A stretch of DNA of 63,993 bases, counting the filler, from Fonticula-like sp. SCN 57-25 (taxonomy: Eukaryota), in NCBI GenBank assembly GCA_001724245.1. It is 3 parts of 3 records of this genome, joined end to end, with 100 filler letters (N's around TTAATTAATTAA, not from the genome) between each part and the next. Parts side by side here need not be neighbours in the genome. Positions count along the whole stretch, not along the records: positions 1 to 23,504 come from MEDX01000068.1; 2 more parts are not named here. The stretch is one strand, 5' to 3'. Below are positions 1 through 11,740 of the stretch, piece after piece (the first letter of the stretch is position 1; each line of letters begins with the position of its first letter). The translations under genes and the position numbers were made by a program. Under the pieces are notes generated by a model. The model worked only from the letters and a program-made list of their open reading frames with translations, ran no database searches and had not been told where the DNA came from.

Positions 1-1405
1 GCTTTGTTTTGGCAGGTCGTAGAGTCAATCGCACTCTTCATCGCCGTGTTCGTACCGCTCGCCGGCGGCTTTCAATTATCCTGTTTCTTTGCCTCGTTCG
101 CCGCTGGTCTCCAGAACGGCCTTGTATCGACCTTTTCGTCTGCCATTATTCGCACGACGCACGTCACGGGCCTCTTGACCGACATTGGCGTGCTGGTCGG
201 CCAGGGCCTTCACTTTTACGTGCTCAACGGCCCGCGGCAAAAGGGCCTCTGGAAGCTCAAGATTTTCCTCCCGCTCTACTTTGGCTTTCTGGCCGGCGCC
301 ATTCTCGGCACTGTCGCCACGGTACGTCGCCCAACCCTTTTGAAATGCTGCTGACGCTGTGATGCGCAGCTCGAGCTTCAGCTGTACGCACTGCTCTTCC
401 CCGCGAGCGCCACTTTGATTGCCGGCGTCGCGCACATTATTTTCCGCACGATGGCGCTCGACACGGTGAAGCGCAAGGGCCTCAAGGTGGAGCTGCTCGA
501 CCTCGACACGCGCGAGAACCCGGGCTACTTTGCCGCCCTCAAGGTCCAAGAGTACGCATATTTTGGTTGCCGCCGCCATGTACTCACGCATATGTGTGCG
601 TTGCAGGAAGGCTCCCGCTCGCCGTTTGCAGCGCGCCGGCACGACGATGGGCTTTTTCAATGAGGACATGTACGACTTTATGGCGGACGAGTCGCGGCAG
701 GGCAGCCCGTCCGCGACGCCGACGCAGTCGATGCCGCACTTTAACCCGGCCGCGCTGGCGGCGGCGGTCGCGGCGGCCGAATCGAGCGCGCCGAGCCTGC
801 CGTCGCTCGCCGGCCCGTCTGGCTCTGCATCGGCGTCGGCTTCGGCGTCGAGCTCGAATGGCGCGACGGCCAAGGATGCGTCGTCGAAAAGTGGCGAATT
901 GGCGCGGTCGAGCGCGTCCAAGAGCAGTGATTTGGCGCGGCCAAACCCGCTCAAGGGCGAAGCGGCGCGCGCCGGCGCCCCGCCGACCGGTAAGACGGAA
1001 GGCGCCCGCCCGCGCGGCGCGTCGCTGCGCTCGCAGTCGACGATGGGCATGCTGATTCCGTCGTCGCCGCTGGGCGGGAAACCGCTCGAGCGCGAGCGCA
1101 GCTCAAGCGACGCCGACGACAAGCTCAAGCGCTCGCAGAACAGCGACGAGCTCGGTCGCGCGACCAAGCGGCCACCGTCGCGGCCACCGTCGCGCGGCGG
1201 TTCGCGGCCGCCGACGCCGCCGTCGCCGTCGGGGCGGCTCAAGGAAAAGGTGAAAAAGTTTGTGGATAGCTCGAACCGGTCGCGGTCGTACGAGCTCGTA
1301 GACGTTGAGGACGAGGCGGCGAGAAAGACGCATAAAAAGTCGAGCTCGCTCGTTTCGTATAGGGAGACGGTAGAGTCGTCGGACCCGGGGCACATGTCCG
1401 ACTGA
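1..1405 (+). CDS. DUF1275/YoaK-family membrane protein with long Ser/Pro-rich C-terminal tail; 5' end lies outside the window; introns at 322-369 and 552-606
   Basis: Motif AGLQNGLVSTFSSAIIRTTHVTGLLTDIG typical of DUF1275. Splicing two GTACG..CAG introns gives a continuous frame to TGA at 1403-1405. Confidence 0.8.
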
Positions 1406-1759
1406 TGATAATGATGAAGGGAATGGACGCTCGGGATCGAAAGATGTTTGGGCGCGTTTCGCAGTTTTTTAGACAGTTATACTTTTATGCGCGCCGAGTG
1501 TTGCTCGCCCTGCAGAACGCAGGCTGGGCAGCGGCCGCAATAGTGCAATGACCCATTCTTCTCACTTCCCGATGTTAATGTGTATATATGGGAACTACCT
1601 TCTATTACCCACCATCATTTTGATCTATTATTGCTGTATTCCCAGTGATCTTATTGTGACAATATACTTTTATCGACGCCCTTTCGCTTTTCTTTGAGCC
1701 ACGTAGCAAAAGTGCGCCGACACGTCAGCGACACGTCGTCAAAATCGAAACATGACGTA

Positions 1760-1795
1760 TGCAAACTGCGAGTGCAATCTGCAATCTGCAAACTG
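1760..1795. promoter_or_regulatory. Cluster of four TGCAA(A/T)CTG elements upstream of ASF1
   Basis: tgcaaactg at 1760, tgcaatctg at 1773 and 1780, tgcaaactg at 1787. The same motif recurs in other 5' intergenic regions. Confidence 0.5.
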
Positions 1796-1955
1796 ATTTA
1801 AAAAAGGGCGCCAAATGCGGAGCGGATTTGGATTGTGTGCACTAGTTGGCGCGCGCCCTTGCTTGCCGATCGGGAAAGACGGGATCGCCTGCTTCCGACC
1901 CCAAGTTTGAGTGCTATTTCTATCTTTTTTATTTCTGTCTCTGTGCGCGGCAGCC

Positions 1956-2819
1956 ATGGCCTACGTGCGGGTGACCAATGTCACGGTGCTTGACAACCCA
2001 TCGCTCTTTACAAACCCCTTTCAATTCGAGATCACTTTTGACTGCCTGGCGCCGCTGACGGATGGTGCGAATCCGAAACATGCGATGCCGCGTGCTGATG
2101 TTTCCTTGCCTTTATTTCAATAGACCTCGAGTGGAAGATTGTATATGTTGGTTCAGCAGATAGCGACGAGCATGATCAGGTGCTCGACTCGATATTGGTG
2201 GGCCCGGTGCCCGTCGGCGTGAACAAATTCGTGTTTCAGGCGGACCCGCCGGATGTCAGCAAGATCCCTTCAAAAGACTCTGTCGGCGTCACCGTCCTAC
2301 TCTTGACATGCTCGTATTATGGGCAGGAGTTTGTGCGAATGTACGTGGAATCTACTCGTTGCTTTTGATGCTGATGCCGGCATGCAGCGGCTACTTTGTC
2401 AACAATGAGTACTTGGACGAAGAGTATAAGGAGACGCCGCCGACGCCGCCGCGATACGACAGGCTCATGCGCAAGTGCGTTTTCACCTCTTTTTCCTTCC
2501 TTTTTCTCACCTTTTTCCTCTTTTCTGCAGCATCTTGCACGACAAGCCGCGCGTGACGACCTTCCAGCTCAACTGGGAGAGCCCCACGCAGCCCTTCCCG
2601 ATGCCGCAAAGTACGTTTTTTTCTTTCTTTCCCACGCTTCTTTCTCACGCTCGCGCAGTGCCCGTGGAAGGTTCCGACATGCTCGGCGAGGCCGCCGCGG
2701 CGGGCGACGCCATGGAGGAGGACGACGAGGACATTGAGGAGGAGGAGGAAGAGGAGGACGAGGAGGAGGACGACGCGGCCGACGCCGAAATGGACGTCGA
2801 AATTGCGCCGTCGAATTAA
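1956..2819 (+). CDS. ASF1: Histone chaperone ASF1 (4 introns; acidic C-terminal tail)
   Basis: [90 protein letters not shown]. Donors at 2065, 2341, 2475, 2611. Confidence 0.97.
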
Positions 2820-2940
2820 AAGGAAAAATGAGTGTTTTTATGTTTAAAAGAAGAGCGGGATCGGTGCGGCCGATTCTGTCTTTGGAATTTGTGTACACAA
2901 TGAAAATTATATGCGCACGACACTTGTTCCTCAGGGCCTT

Positions 2941-3006
2941 AAAATGACACTAAATGACACTAAATGACCGTTAAAGATGATAAAATGCCGTTAAATGACT
3001 ATTAAA
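2941..3006. repeat. Degenerate ~10-11 bp tandem repeat (TAAATGACAC-like) between convergent genes
   Basis: aaaatgacac taaatgacac taaatgaccg ttaaagatga taaaatgccg ttaaatgact. Confidence 0.5.
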
Positions 3007-3062
3007 AACGCCTTTCAACGCCACTCGGGCGATCTATACAAAAGCCAAAAACAAAAATTCTC

Positions 3063-4673
3063 CTATGGGTTCTTTGACGAGCCCGCAGGCGACGCGCCCA
3101 ATTGCCGCGGGTCCTGCGACGGGTACACAACATTCGCGGCGCCCGGCGGCGGCGGCGGCGGCGGGAAAAACATCGGCATCCCTAAATCACCCCCATTGTC
3201 AGCCCCAGACAATCCAAAAAATTGGCGCGCACCGATGCCGGGGACGGGGAAGGGCGCGGCCATTGACGGCGCGAGCGGTGCGGCGCCGCTCTCGGGGAGG
3301 CTCTCAGTCTTTGGCCCCTGCTGCGCGGGCTTGCCCCACTGGACGCGCACCGACGCGCCGTTGATGCTGAGGCCGCCGGCAGTGCGGTCAATGGCTTCCT
3401 CGGCAGAGTCGCGCGTGGCAAAGGTGACAAAGGCGCACTTGCGGGAGGAGACTAGTACGACGCCGGTGATCTCGCCATAGCTGTAAAACTGTGTCCTGAA
3501 AGCAGAAATTGGTTAGAAATGGGGAGAAAAGAGGTTTAAAAGAGGCAAAATGAGTTGAAAATGGGTCAAAAAAATCCAAAAATGAACCAATATGAGTCAA
3601 AACAACCGAAATGGACCAAGACCAAGCAAAAAAGTAATTCTCAGCCAATCACAACACAAAACATCCACTACTATCCAATAAAAACAGCGCAAAAATGTTC
3701 AAATTCGCACCTCAAATCGCCCTCTGTGACGCTGTCCGCGAGGTTGCTCACAAAGAGCGTCTTGATGGTCGTGTCGCTCGGTGGGAGCGGCTTGGCCGTC
3801 GGGTTGGCGAGATGCTGCAGCATCTTGCGCGCGACGGGATCGTTTGTGCCGTGGAAGCGGTCCTTGATGTTCTGGTCGGCGAGCGATGCGTCCTCGTCGG
3901 GCATTTCGTGCCGGAAAGGGCACTCGTCGCCGCGCGTGCACGTGCCCTTGGCAAAGAAGCTGCAGAGCTGTGCGCGGTTGCGCTTGTAGTACGGGCCAGA
4001 GCGGGCGAGGCGCTTCAGCACTTCGTGGGCGGCGGAAGGGGCCTTGCTGTAGTCAGAGTACGTGTCGGTAGAGCCGAGCTTGGCTTCTTGGTTCTGGGTA
4101 AAGTACTCTTTGTTGATCTGGCCGACGGGGATCGCGTCGTTGATCTTGAGGATCTGATCACGGACCTGCACGGGGAGGCCTAAAAGAAGGGAAAAGGAAG
4201 GAAAAAAGGGAAAAGAGCGTAAATAAGAGCGCAAATAAAAGGAAAGACACTCCCAAAGTAGACGGACCGTATTCGAGATCGAGGAGACACGTCTGGCAGA
4301 CGTTCTTGACCTTGGCGCACGTCTGGCAGATCTCGGTCTTTTTGAAGCGCATGCCGGATCCAGGGTTCCACCGGAAAACAGTGAAAGGGCGCGTGCACAC
4401 CTGTGTAACATTAAAGATAATTCAAATTAGTAATTGAGAGGAATTGGTTGCCGATCGGGGCAGGCAGGACGCACCTTGCATTCCTTGCCGTAGCCCTCCT
4501 TGGTCATGCGCATGTACGGGTTATTGCCGAGGCATGTCTCGCAGACAATCGGAAAGTCCTATTGAAAATGAAAAGACAAATCGTCCAGTGTCAGTAAAAG
4601 CACAGTATGTACGCTCGCACAAACGCACCGCCTGCTCCCAGCCTTGCTTGTTGATGTCAGCCTTGGGCGGCAT
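3063..4673 (-). CDS. RBM22: Pre-mRNA splicing factor RBM22/Cwc2-Ecm2-like (zinc knuckle, CCCH finger, RRM), multi-exon
   Basis: [93 protein letters not shown]-terminal [10 protein letters not shown]. Confidence 0.95.
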
Positions 4674-4998
4674 GGCGTCGTCGAGTCCAACTGAAGCTAC
4701 CAAAATCCAGGGCAGACTCTGGGGATCATAACAGCCAAATCAAGGGTGGAGTCTGGGGGATGACCGCGACTGCTGACGCAGCAGCGCTTTATGCCATTTT
4801 GCTACGTCTATACCACAAAAAGATACAAAAACATGCAGAAAAGCAGTAAAGCAGCATATTCATGTGCACTTTTTGCAAATTGGATTAATGAATAGAGTTG
4901 AAGTCCGGTATTTACCAGTCACGGAATATGTACGCAAAGTGGGCTTTGAATAAACCGCATCATTTTTATTGCAACAGCGGTACAAAGAGCAAACTTCT

Positions 4999-6830
4999 TC
5001 AAGTCGTGCCTTGATGTCGCGCTCCACGAGGACGGTCAAGTAAATGTGGACTTTCATCTGGCGACCCCGTCGGGTGCACCTTTACGACTCGCCCAAGCCC
5101 CTTTGTCCTCCCCTCTCGGAACAAAATCTTGTCGCCCGCCTTTATAAACTCTGGCACCTTTATGAACCTAAATCTCACAACCGCGCGGTCGCCCGTCCTC
5201 AAGCACGTCCTACCCCCCTCAATGCCCACGATGGCCGCCGTCTGCCGCACGTTGTTGCAGTGCACCATCGCCTGGTACCGCAGCGCTATCGTGGTGCTGT
5301 GGAAGAGCACGAGCACTTTAGCCTCAAACTCGCGGCACGCCAAGTGCGGCGCGTCCCTCGACAGCATCACCATCCCCTTCCTGACCTGGTTCCGCTTTAT
5401 CTTTTTCAGTGCAAAGCACGCCGCCTGGCCCGCGACGGCGTGCGAGACATTGCAGCGGCGGCGGTGAATGCTCTTGACTTGCACGCTCTGAAACTGACCG
5501 GTCGAGTCGGGACCAAGCAGCAGCGTGTCGTTGTTTTGTACCGACCCTGTTAGAAGAGTGCCTGACACGACGGTGCCAACGCCGGGCACGGAAAAGATGT
5601 CTTCAATGTGGAATTCGGTCGGCGCGGTCGCGTCAAAGCGGCGGTACGAAGGAAGGAGGTCGAGGAAGCGCTTGAGAAGGTCGAGGTTGAGGCCGGTGAC
5701 GTTTGAGACCTGGAAAATGGGGCAAATCTTTTCGTGGTTGAGCTCGCCGGCGCTCTCAAGCACGTCGTCCATCGTGTTGATGAGGCGCGCCACCTTGCGG
5801 CAGCCGGGCGACTTTAGCATCTTGGTCAGCTGACGAAGTGTCTCTTGGAGAATATTTGGTGGGCACATGTCCACCTTTGTCACAACAACAAATACGGGCA
5901 CATTCAGTGCAAGCGCAAGCCCTAAATGCTCTATTTTTGTGCATTATTGGTTAGTTTACGTCAAAAATGGCGCCAGAATGAACCAAAACGCGCACCTCGC
6001 GTCATGCCGACGACGCCGTGATTTGCGCCGACCATGAGCATGACATAGTCTGGCATGCACGCCGTCATTCCGTAGACGGTCGTCTTCAAGTACCGCTCGT
6101 GCCCCGCGAGGTCGATAAAGGACACGAGCTTTGACGAGCGCGCGCAAATGTCTCCCCACGTGAGCCTGTGCGTCGGCCCGATGCTGTCGTGCGCCGCGAC
6201 GCCGTGCGAGTCAAACCCCATAATCTCATACGACACAGAAGAAGTTCGCCCTGTCTCCTGCTCGTGCTTGTGCGAAAAGAGCGCCTGGCGAGCAAGCCCG
6301 CGGCCGTCGTCCATGACACCCTTTGTCAGCACGCCGAGCATCGTGCTCTTGCCGGCGTCCACGTTGCCCACCGCGGCCACCTTGATCTCTGTCATTTCCT
6401 CCATCTGGGTGCGGCGGCGGATAAGAAAGAGGCCCGTAACGCCGTCCTCGGACTTGTTGCAGCGCAGCTCGCTCACGTCGGCGTCGCGAAGGGCGGCGAC
6501 ACGGTGCAGTGCGTCAGACATCCGGTCGTACTCGTCGAGAGAGAGGCGCATCGGCGTGCCGTCGGGCTCAAGGCCGACATCGAAAAGTGCCTCGTGGCGG
6601 CCGTTCAGGACCTGGTCAAGAAGCGGGAGAAGCGAGGCGGGGGATTGGGCCGCGTCGGGGGAGAGAAAGGCGCTCTTGAAGGAGGTGGACGGCTCGGGGG
6701 GGCGGAAATCAAGATCAAAGATGCTTGAAGAGGAAGCGGAAGCGAGGGGGATCGGCCCGCCAGTGGCGACTTCGAGAGGCAGCTGCGCCTCGGACGCGCC
6801 GCCGAATGGGCCGACAACGGTCGACTGCAT
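4999..6830 (-). CDS. GTPBP1: GTP-binding protein GTPBP1/2-like translational GTPase (1 intron, ~5930-5995)
   Basis: [74 protein letters not shown]. Confidence 0.93.
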
Positions 6831-7079
6831 GATGCTGACGAGATGTAATCACCAGCTAGGTCAATGGACTGTCACCGATGGCTCAGTGCATTCGTCGATG
6901 CACTGAAAAGTGGAAAGGAAAAGAGTCTCACTTGACCGATTTTCGCTGAAATTGGCGCCGCTTAGACGTCTCTTTCCGCCGGAAAGGAACGCAAACGGAG
7001 CTTGTGCCGCCCCTGTGAACGCGCATAAACACTGCTGCGGATTGCGCAACGAAATAATTGATGACGTCAGCTTGGTGAT

Positions 7080-7100
7080 TGCAAACTGGGTCAGTTTGCA
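7080..7100. promoter_or_regulatory. Perfect inverted repeat TGCAAACTG-ggt-CAGTTTGCA in the divergent GTPBP/Ras promoter
   Basis: Read directly from the sequence. Half-sites match the recurrent promoter motif. Confidence 0.55.
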
Positions 7101-7284
7101 TGCAGACATTGAGCGGGAGGGGAGCGGGGATCCTGCCAGGGCACAGGGCCCCAATGTTTGGGCAGAGGGGCGTACCGCGTGCGCATGGGGAGGGGCCGTG
7201 GCCGGTTATAAGCGCGCCCTATGGCACGTTGCGTTGTATTACTTTTTGTTCTGCCTGCGCAATTAAACGATCCGACCGCGCAAG

Positions 7285-8681
7285 ATGGGTGCCCCGGTTG
7301 CGGCTCCAAACGAGATGAAAATCGCCGTCATCGGTGCGCCTTTTACAAATGATACGATAAGCTGAAAAGTGTAATAGGCTCTGGTGGAGTTGGAAAGTCG
7401 GCGCTGACGCTTCTGTTTGTCGAGGACGACTTTGTCTCCGAGTATGATCCCACGATCGGTGCGCCTATTTTTTTTTCCTTTTGGTGATGGCTGACGAGCA
7501 TTTCAGAGGACACGTTCCACAAGCAATTCATGGTGGACAATGAAGGTCTGTCTCCATAATTTTAATAGTTCATTGACTAAAACTATACATAGGCGTCTTC
7601 TTGGAGATCCTCGACACGGCGGGCCAGGAGGAGCACAGCACGACGCGCGCGCAATACCTCATGTCCTGCCAGGGCTTTATCGCCGTCTACGCAGTGAACA
7701 GCCGCGCTTCCTACGAAGAAGTGAAAAGCACGCATATATTCATATTTGTTATTTGAATTATACTTTGCTAATGACTGTTGAATTTAAACAGTGCTGTGCA
7801 AGCAGATGCAGGTGCTCAAGGACTCGACGACCGTCCCGATGATCCTCGTCGGCAACAAGATCGACCTCAAGGACGACCGCAAGGTGTCGCCCGAGGAGGC
7901 GCGCGCGTTTGCCGCGTCCCTCAAGGCGGGCTACATGGAGATTTCCGTCAAGGGCAACATAAACGGAACGCTTCCTTTCGACGAGATTGTGCGCCGCATC
8001 CGCGTCCGCCAGCGCGCCGATGCTGCCGCCGCCGCGCAGCCGCCCATGTCCATTCCCGTCAGTGTCGGCGGACCGACCGGCGTGGCAGGGCCCCATCACA
8101 CGCACCACTCCAACGAAGGGTGCGGCCGGCTGACCTTTCCCGCCAATTTTTATGCTTTTTCTGACCACGATGTGCAGACTCCTGGCCATGTTTGCGTACC
8201 TGTTCAGCTGGCTGTCGGGCGTCTTTGCTTTGCTTATTGCAAAGGACTCGCCGTACGTGCGTTTTCATGGCGCGCAGAGCATTGCGCTCTTCATTGTGTT
8301 TTTGCCTTTCTTGATCGTCGCCATCATCATCGACGTCGTGATCAGGGCGACCACGCCAAGGTTTTTCATCTCTGTCGCGGTCCTCATCGCGTGGATCTTT
8401 TACCTTGCTGTTATCATTTACTGCATGGTTCGCGCCTACAGGTGCGCACATTGGGCGCGCCGTATTAGTTTTGCTCGATGCTCATGATGCCGGCCAACTG
8501 CTAGGGGCAACATGCAAAACTGCTACCGCATGAGGGGCGTGTGCAAGCTCGCCGACCTCATGCTCCCCAACCAGGAAAAGTGCGCTTGCAGTTATTTGCT
8601 TTCCTTTACTCATTATGCGACAATAGACCCGCGCAGGCAGCGACCCCCGCGACTCCGCCGCAGCCGCAGCCGTCCGCCTGA
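7285..8681 (+). CDS. Ras-subfamily small GTPase fused to a C-terminal DUF4870/Tic20-like 3-TM domain; no CAAX; 7 introns
   Basis: G1 GSGGVGKS, effector loop YDPTIED, G3 DTAGQE, G4 NKID, G5 EISVK. Intron 8120-8177 joins in frame to [38 protein letters not shown]...RAYRG...CKLAD. Stop TGA at 8679-8681. Confidence 0.85.
7728..7791 (+). other. GC-AG intron in the Ras fusion gene
   Basis: GCACGC...AAACAG. Removal restores [31 protein letters not shown]; the donor matches the GTRCG consensus except at +2. Confidence 0.8.
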
Positions 8682-8947
8682 TCCATGTACCAGCCACGAT
8701 CGCACATGCCGTGCCTTCCTTTCGCTTGTCAGCTTTGTTTGTAGTGCACATTTGCCTTATTATAGCCATTTGCCATTGCACAGACACGCCTATGCATACT
8801 TTTGCGTCCACATTGCATTCCTCTTGCGCATCGCTCACATCGCCTGCACACACGCCCCAAACAATGCATATACGTGCCCCTCAAGTGCATTGTTTGACCA
8901 ATCAGACGCGCTGTGCTGTTTTGGACGCGGTCCTTGTCCGACGCGGC

Positions 8948-10674
8948 ATGGAGACTGTCGATCTCAAGGCGTACGAGGGCCTCTCCCTTCAAGAGCTAAT
9001 AGGCCGCTTTCCCGCTGCGCCGACCGTCGTTCCTTCATCTTCCTCTCTTTCATTGGACTGTGCGGCACCATCTTATGTTTGTTGATCTGTTCGCTCATGC
9101 GTGCCATGTTTAGATGGCTCGGGCAGTGTCTATGGGTCAAGCTCGCAAGCCCTAAGCGGCGGCAGCAGCTTTGGCGGCTTGCCCAGCCGCCGCATGACCG
9201 CGTCGTCGGACGCAATGAGCTTTGCGGCGAGGCGCACGACGATGGGGACGGCGTCCGAGCTGGGCCGGGTGGAGAGCGTGCGGTCGGGCACCCTGCGGTC
9301 GTCCAGGAGCGATGACGGGAAGGAAGAGGTGCGCTGCTTTGCTTTCTATTGGTTGGCGCTGACCGTGCGGCTCAGCAGGACGACATTATTGGCGAGCGCG
9401 ACTATGAGGATCTTCTCCGGCGCGCGACCAAGGGCGTCATCGGCAACAAGGAGCAGGCGATCCTCTTTGCGGAACTGATGCAGCTCCCCGCCGCCGATTT
9501 TACCATTCTCCAGAGCAAAGTCCAAGAGGGCATCAATTCAAGTGCGCTCTTTTCTATTGACCCATTATCGCTCATTGCGGCTGCTTTAGAACATCCAATG
9601 CTGAAAGGCAAGCACTTTTTCGACGTCATGTCGCGGGAAAAAGGCCCGACGATCGTCGACGTGCCAAAGTGCGCGCTCGACTTTGACCAGGCCGTCGCGC
9701 CCATTGGCGGCGAAGTCGTCGACAAGTTCAGTCTTATTTTGAAAGGTATGCGCCTTTTTCTTTTTCGTTCTTTTTTAACGCGCAATTCAGCCGGAAAAAC
9801 CGCCGACTACCGCATCATTCTCCCCCCCAAGGACCTTCGGTACGACCTTCGCGTGCTTCCCATGCAAGGCAAGATCAAGCCCGGCAAGGTCCCTCGCGAG
9901 GACATTAGCGTCTTTATCTCGTGCAAGACGACCGTGCACGCGCAGGGCATCATTACTATTGAGATTGACGGCGGCTCGCGCTTTTTTATTCGCTATAATG
10001 TCCAGTCTGAGCCGTCCCAGTTTGGCATTTCTGTCGACGAGATGACGATGGGCGACGACGCCATTTTTGAAGGCTTTTCGTACCGCGTACCGCTTCTGCT
10101 GAGCATGCTGCGCGCGCAGCTGATGGAGGGCAAGGCGCTCACCGAAGAAGGCATTTTCCGCGTCGCGGGCGACGAGACGGAAACTGCGAGCGCAAAGAGC
10201 CGCATCAACCGCGGCGTGTTCCAGGGGTCGCACGACATCAACGCGATCGCAAACCTTATCAAGATTTGGTTCCGCGAGCTGCCGACGCCCGTGCTCAGCG
10301 AGGTGCCAATGGACGTTATTCTCAACGCGGATTCAGAGGCAAAGTGTGTGCAAGAGTTTGAGAAAATTGGCGAGCCAAATAGGTCGCTGATGCTGTGGCT
10401 GCTCGATCTCATGTCGCAAGTGGCTATGAACGAGCAGTCAAACAGAATGAACGCGCGCTCATTATGTACGCTTTTTCAATGTTTTTTGGGGGTTTCTAAC
10501 CAATTTTCTTTAGCGATCGTGATGGGGCCCAATTTGTATCACAGCTCAGAGACGAGGCAGCTTTCCGCGATGGAGGCGCTGAGGTTGTCGCAGCAGACGG
10601 TGTCTTTCGTGTTCCATCTGCTCAATCACAGGCTCAGGTTCCACAGGGAGAGGATGGGGTTGGTCCAGAACTGA
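8948..10674 (+). CDS. RhoGAP protein with an upstream Ig-like (ASH/MSP-like) beta domain; start codon uncertain
   Basis: Arginine finger EEGIFRVAG, ANLIKIWFRELPTP, NRMNARSL, IVMGPNL. Introns at 9060-9113, ~9329-9375, 9746-9790, 10466-10513. Confidence 0.88.
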
Positions 10675-10991
10675 TTTTGGCCGAGCGGTTTTGACGATCT
10701 GGCGCCGAGGGGCGCGGCAATGTAATCCATAGTGTGATGATGACGATGACGATGATGATGATTATTGGTGATTTTTCAGGCAATGTCGCCCCTAATAGAA
10801 CTGAATCAATACTATTATACTCTGCAGTAAAAGTTGAATTGTGCTTTTCGCGTTCTTTTCCGCCCTTTTGTTGCGCATCCATCATCAGTCGACAGATCAG
10901 TCGACAACCGTTTTGCACCGTCACTGTTTAACCACGTGGTCGTGGCCGTTTTGCGATTTGATTGCAGTTCAGGCGAAGCCACCTCATCGTC

Positions 10992-11647
10992 ATGGCGGAC
11001 TGGATCAGCGACACGCAGAGTGCGAATAGAGCGCGCGTCGTGTCGTCGTCGTATTAACGCGGCTTTGCTTGATTGATAGAGATCGGCATTGGCCTGACAG
11101 GCTTTGGCGCCCTGTTCACGACGCTCGGTGTCATCTTGTTCTTTGACACCGGTCTGCTCGCCATCGGCAATGTACGCGCGCGATCTGCGAACACGCCTTA
11201 TTGAAGCCTAACCTATGCTGTCATTTTGCTTAGCTTATGTTCCTTGCCGGCGTGACATTAATGATCGGTCCCCACAAGGCGTTCATTTTCTTCTTTCAGC
11301 AAAGGAAATGGAAGGGCGCGGTCACCTTTTTTGGCGGCATCCTGCTCGTGCTGCTCAAGTGGCCGGTGATCGGCATGTGTGTGGAGACGTTTGGCTTTAT
11401 TAACCTCTTTGGGTGCGTCTTTTATATTGCTTTAATGTTTCCCGTCTAATATCGTTGCCCGATCAGTGACTTTTTCCCCACCGTGATTCGATTCCTGCGG
11501 GCAGTGCCGATCGTGGGTCGCATATTTGAAATTCCAGTTATCCGCCAGGTACGCTCCCTATCCACAATTATTCCTTTCGCTGTTGCTCATTTAAATGTCC
11601 CCTTTCAGTTGGTTGACCGCTACGTCGGTGGCAAGCTCCCTGTATAG
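10992..11647 (+). CDS. GOT1: Vesicle transport protein GOT1/GOLT1 (4 introns)
   Basis: [19 protein letters not shown]...[54 protein letters not shown]. Confidence 0.93.
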
Positions 11648-11740
11648 CATCACCCCCATGATGAACAATGATAAATTATTACAATTTTATTTACAACATT
11701 TACAACAGTATTGTACAGCAAAACACGGCCAAAAGCAGGC

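Noticed and set aside
76-1395. Long antisense and alternate-frame ORFs over real genes (e.g. 76-1395 minus, 11711-12721 plus, 39823-40986 plus, 54778-55950 minus)
   Set aside because: Shadow ORFs caused by high GC3 codon bias; no recognisable motifs, and each overlaps a well-supported gene.
8627-8950. Open frame running from the last Ras exon region into the RhoGAP start, suggesting a Ras-DUF4870-RhoGAP triple fusion
   Set aside because: The only consensus donor (8580) is phase 2 and leads to TGA at 8679-8681. Entering the open frame needs a phase-0 donor that is absent, and the intervening sequence looks like UTR.
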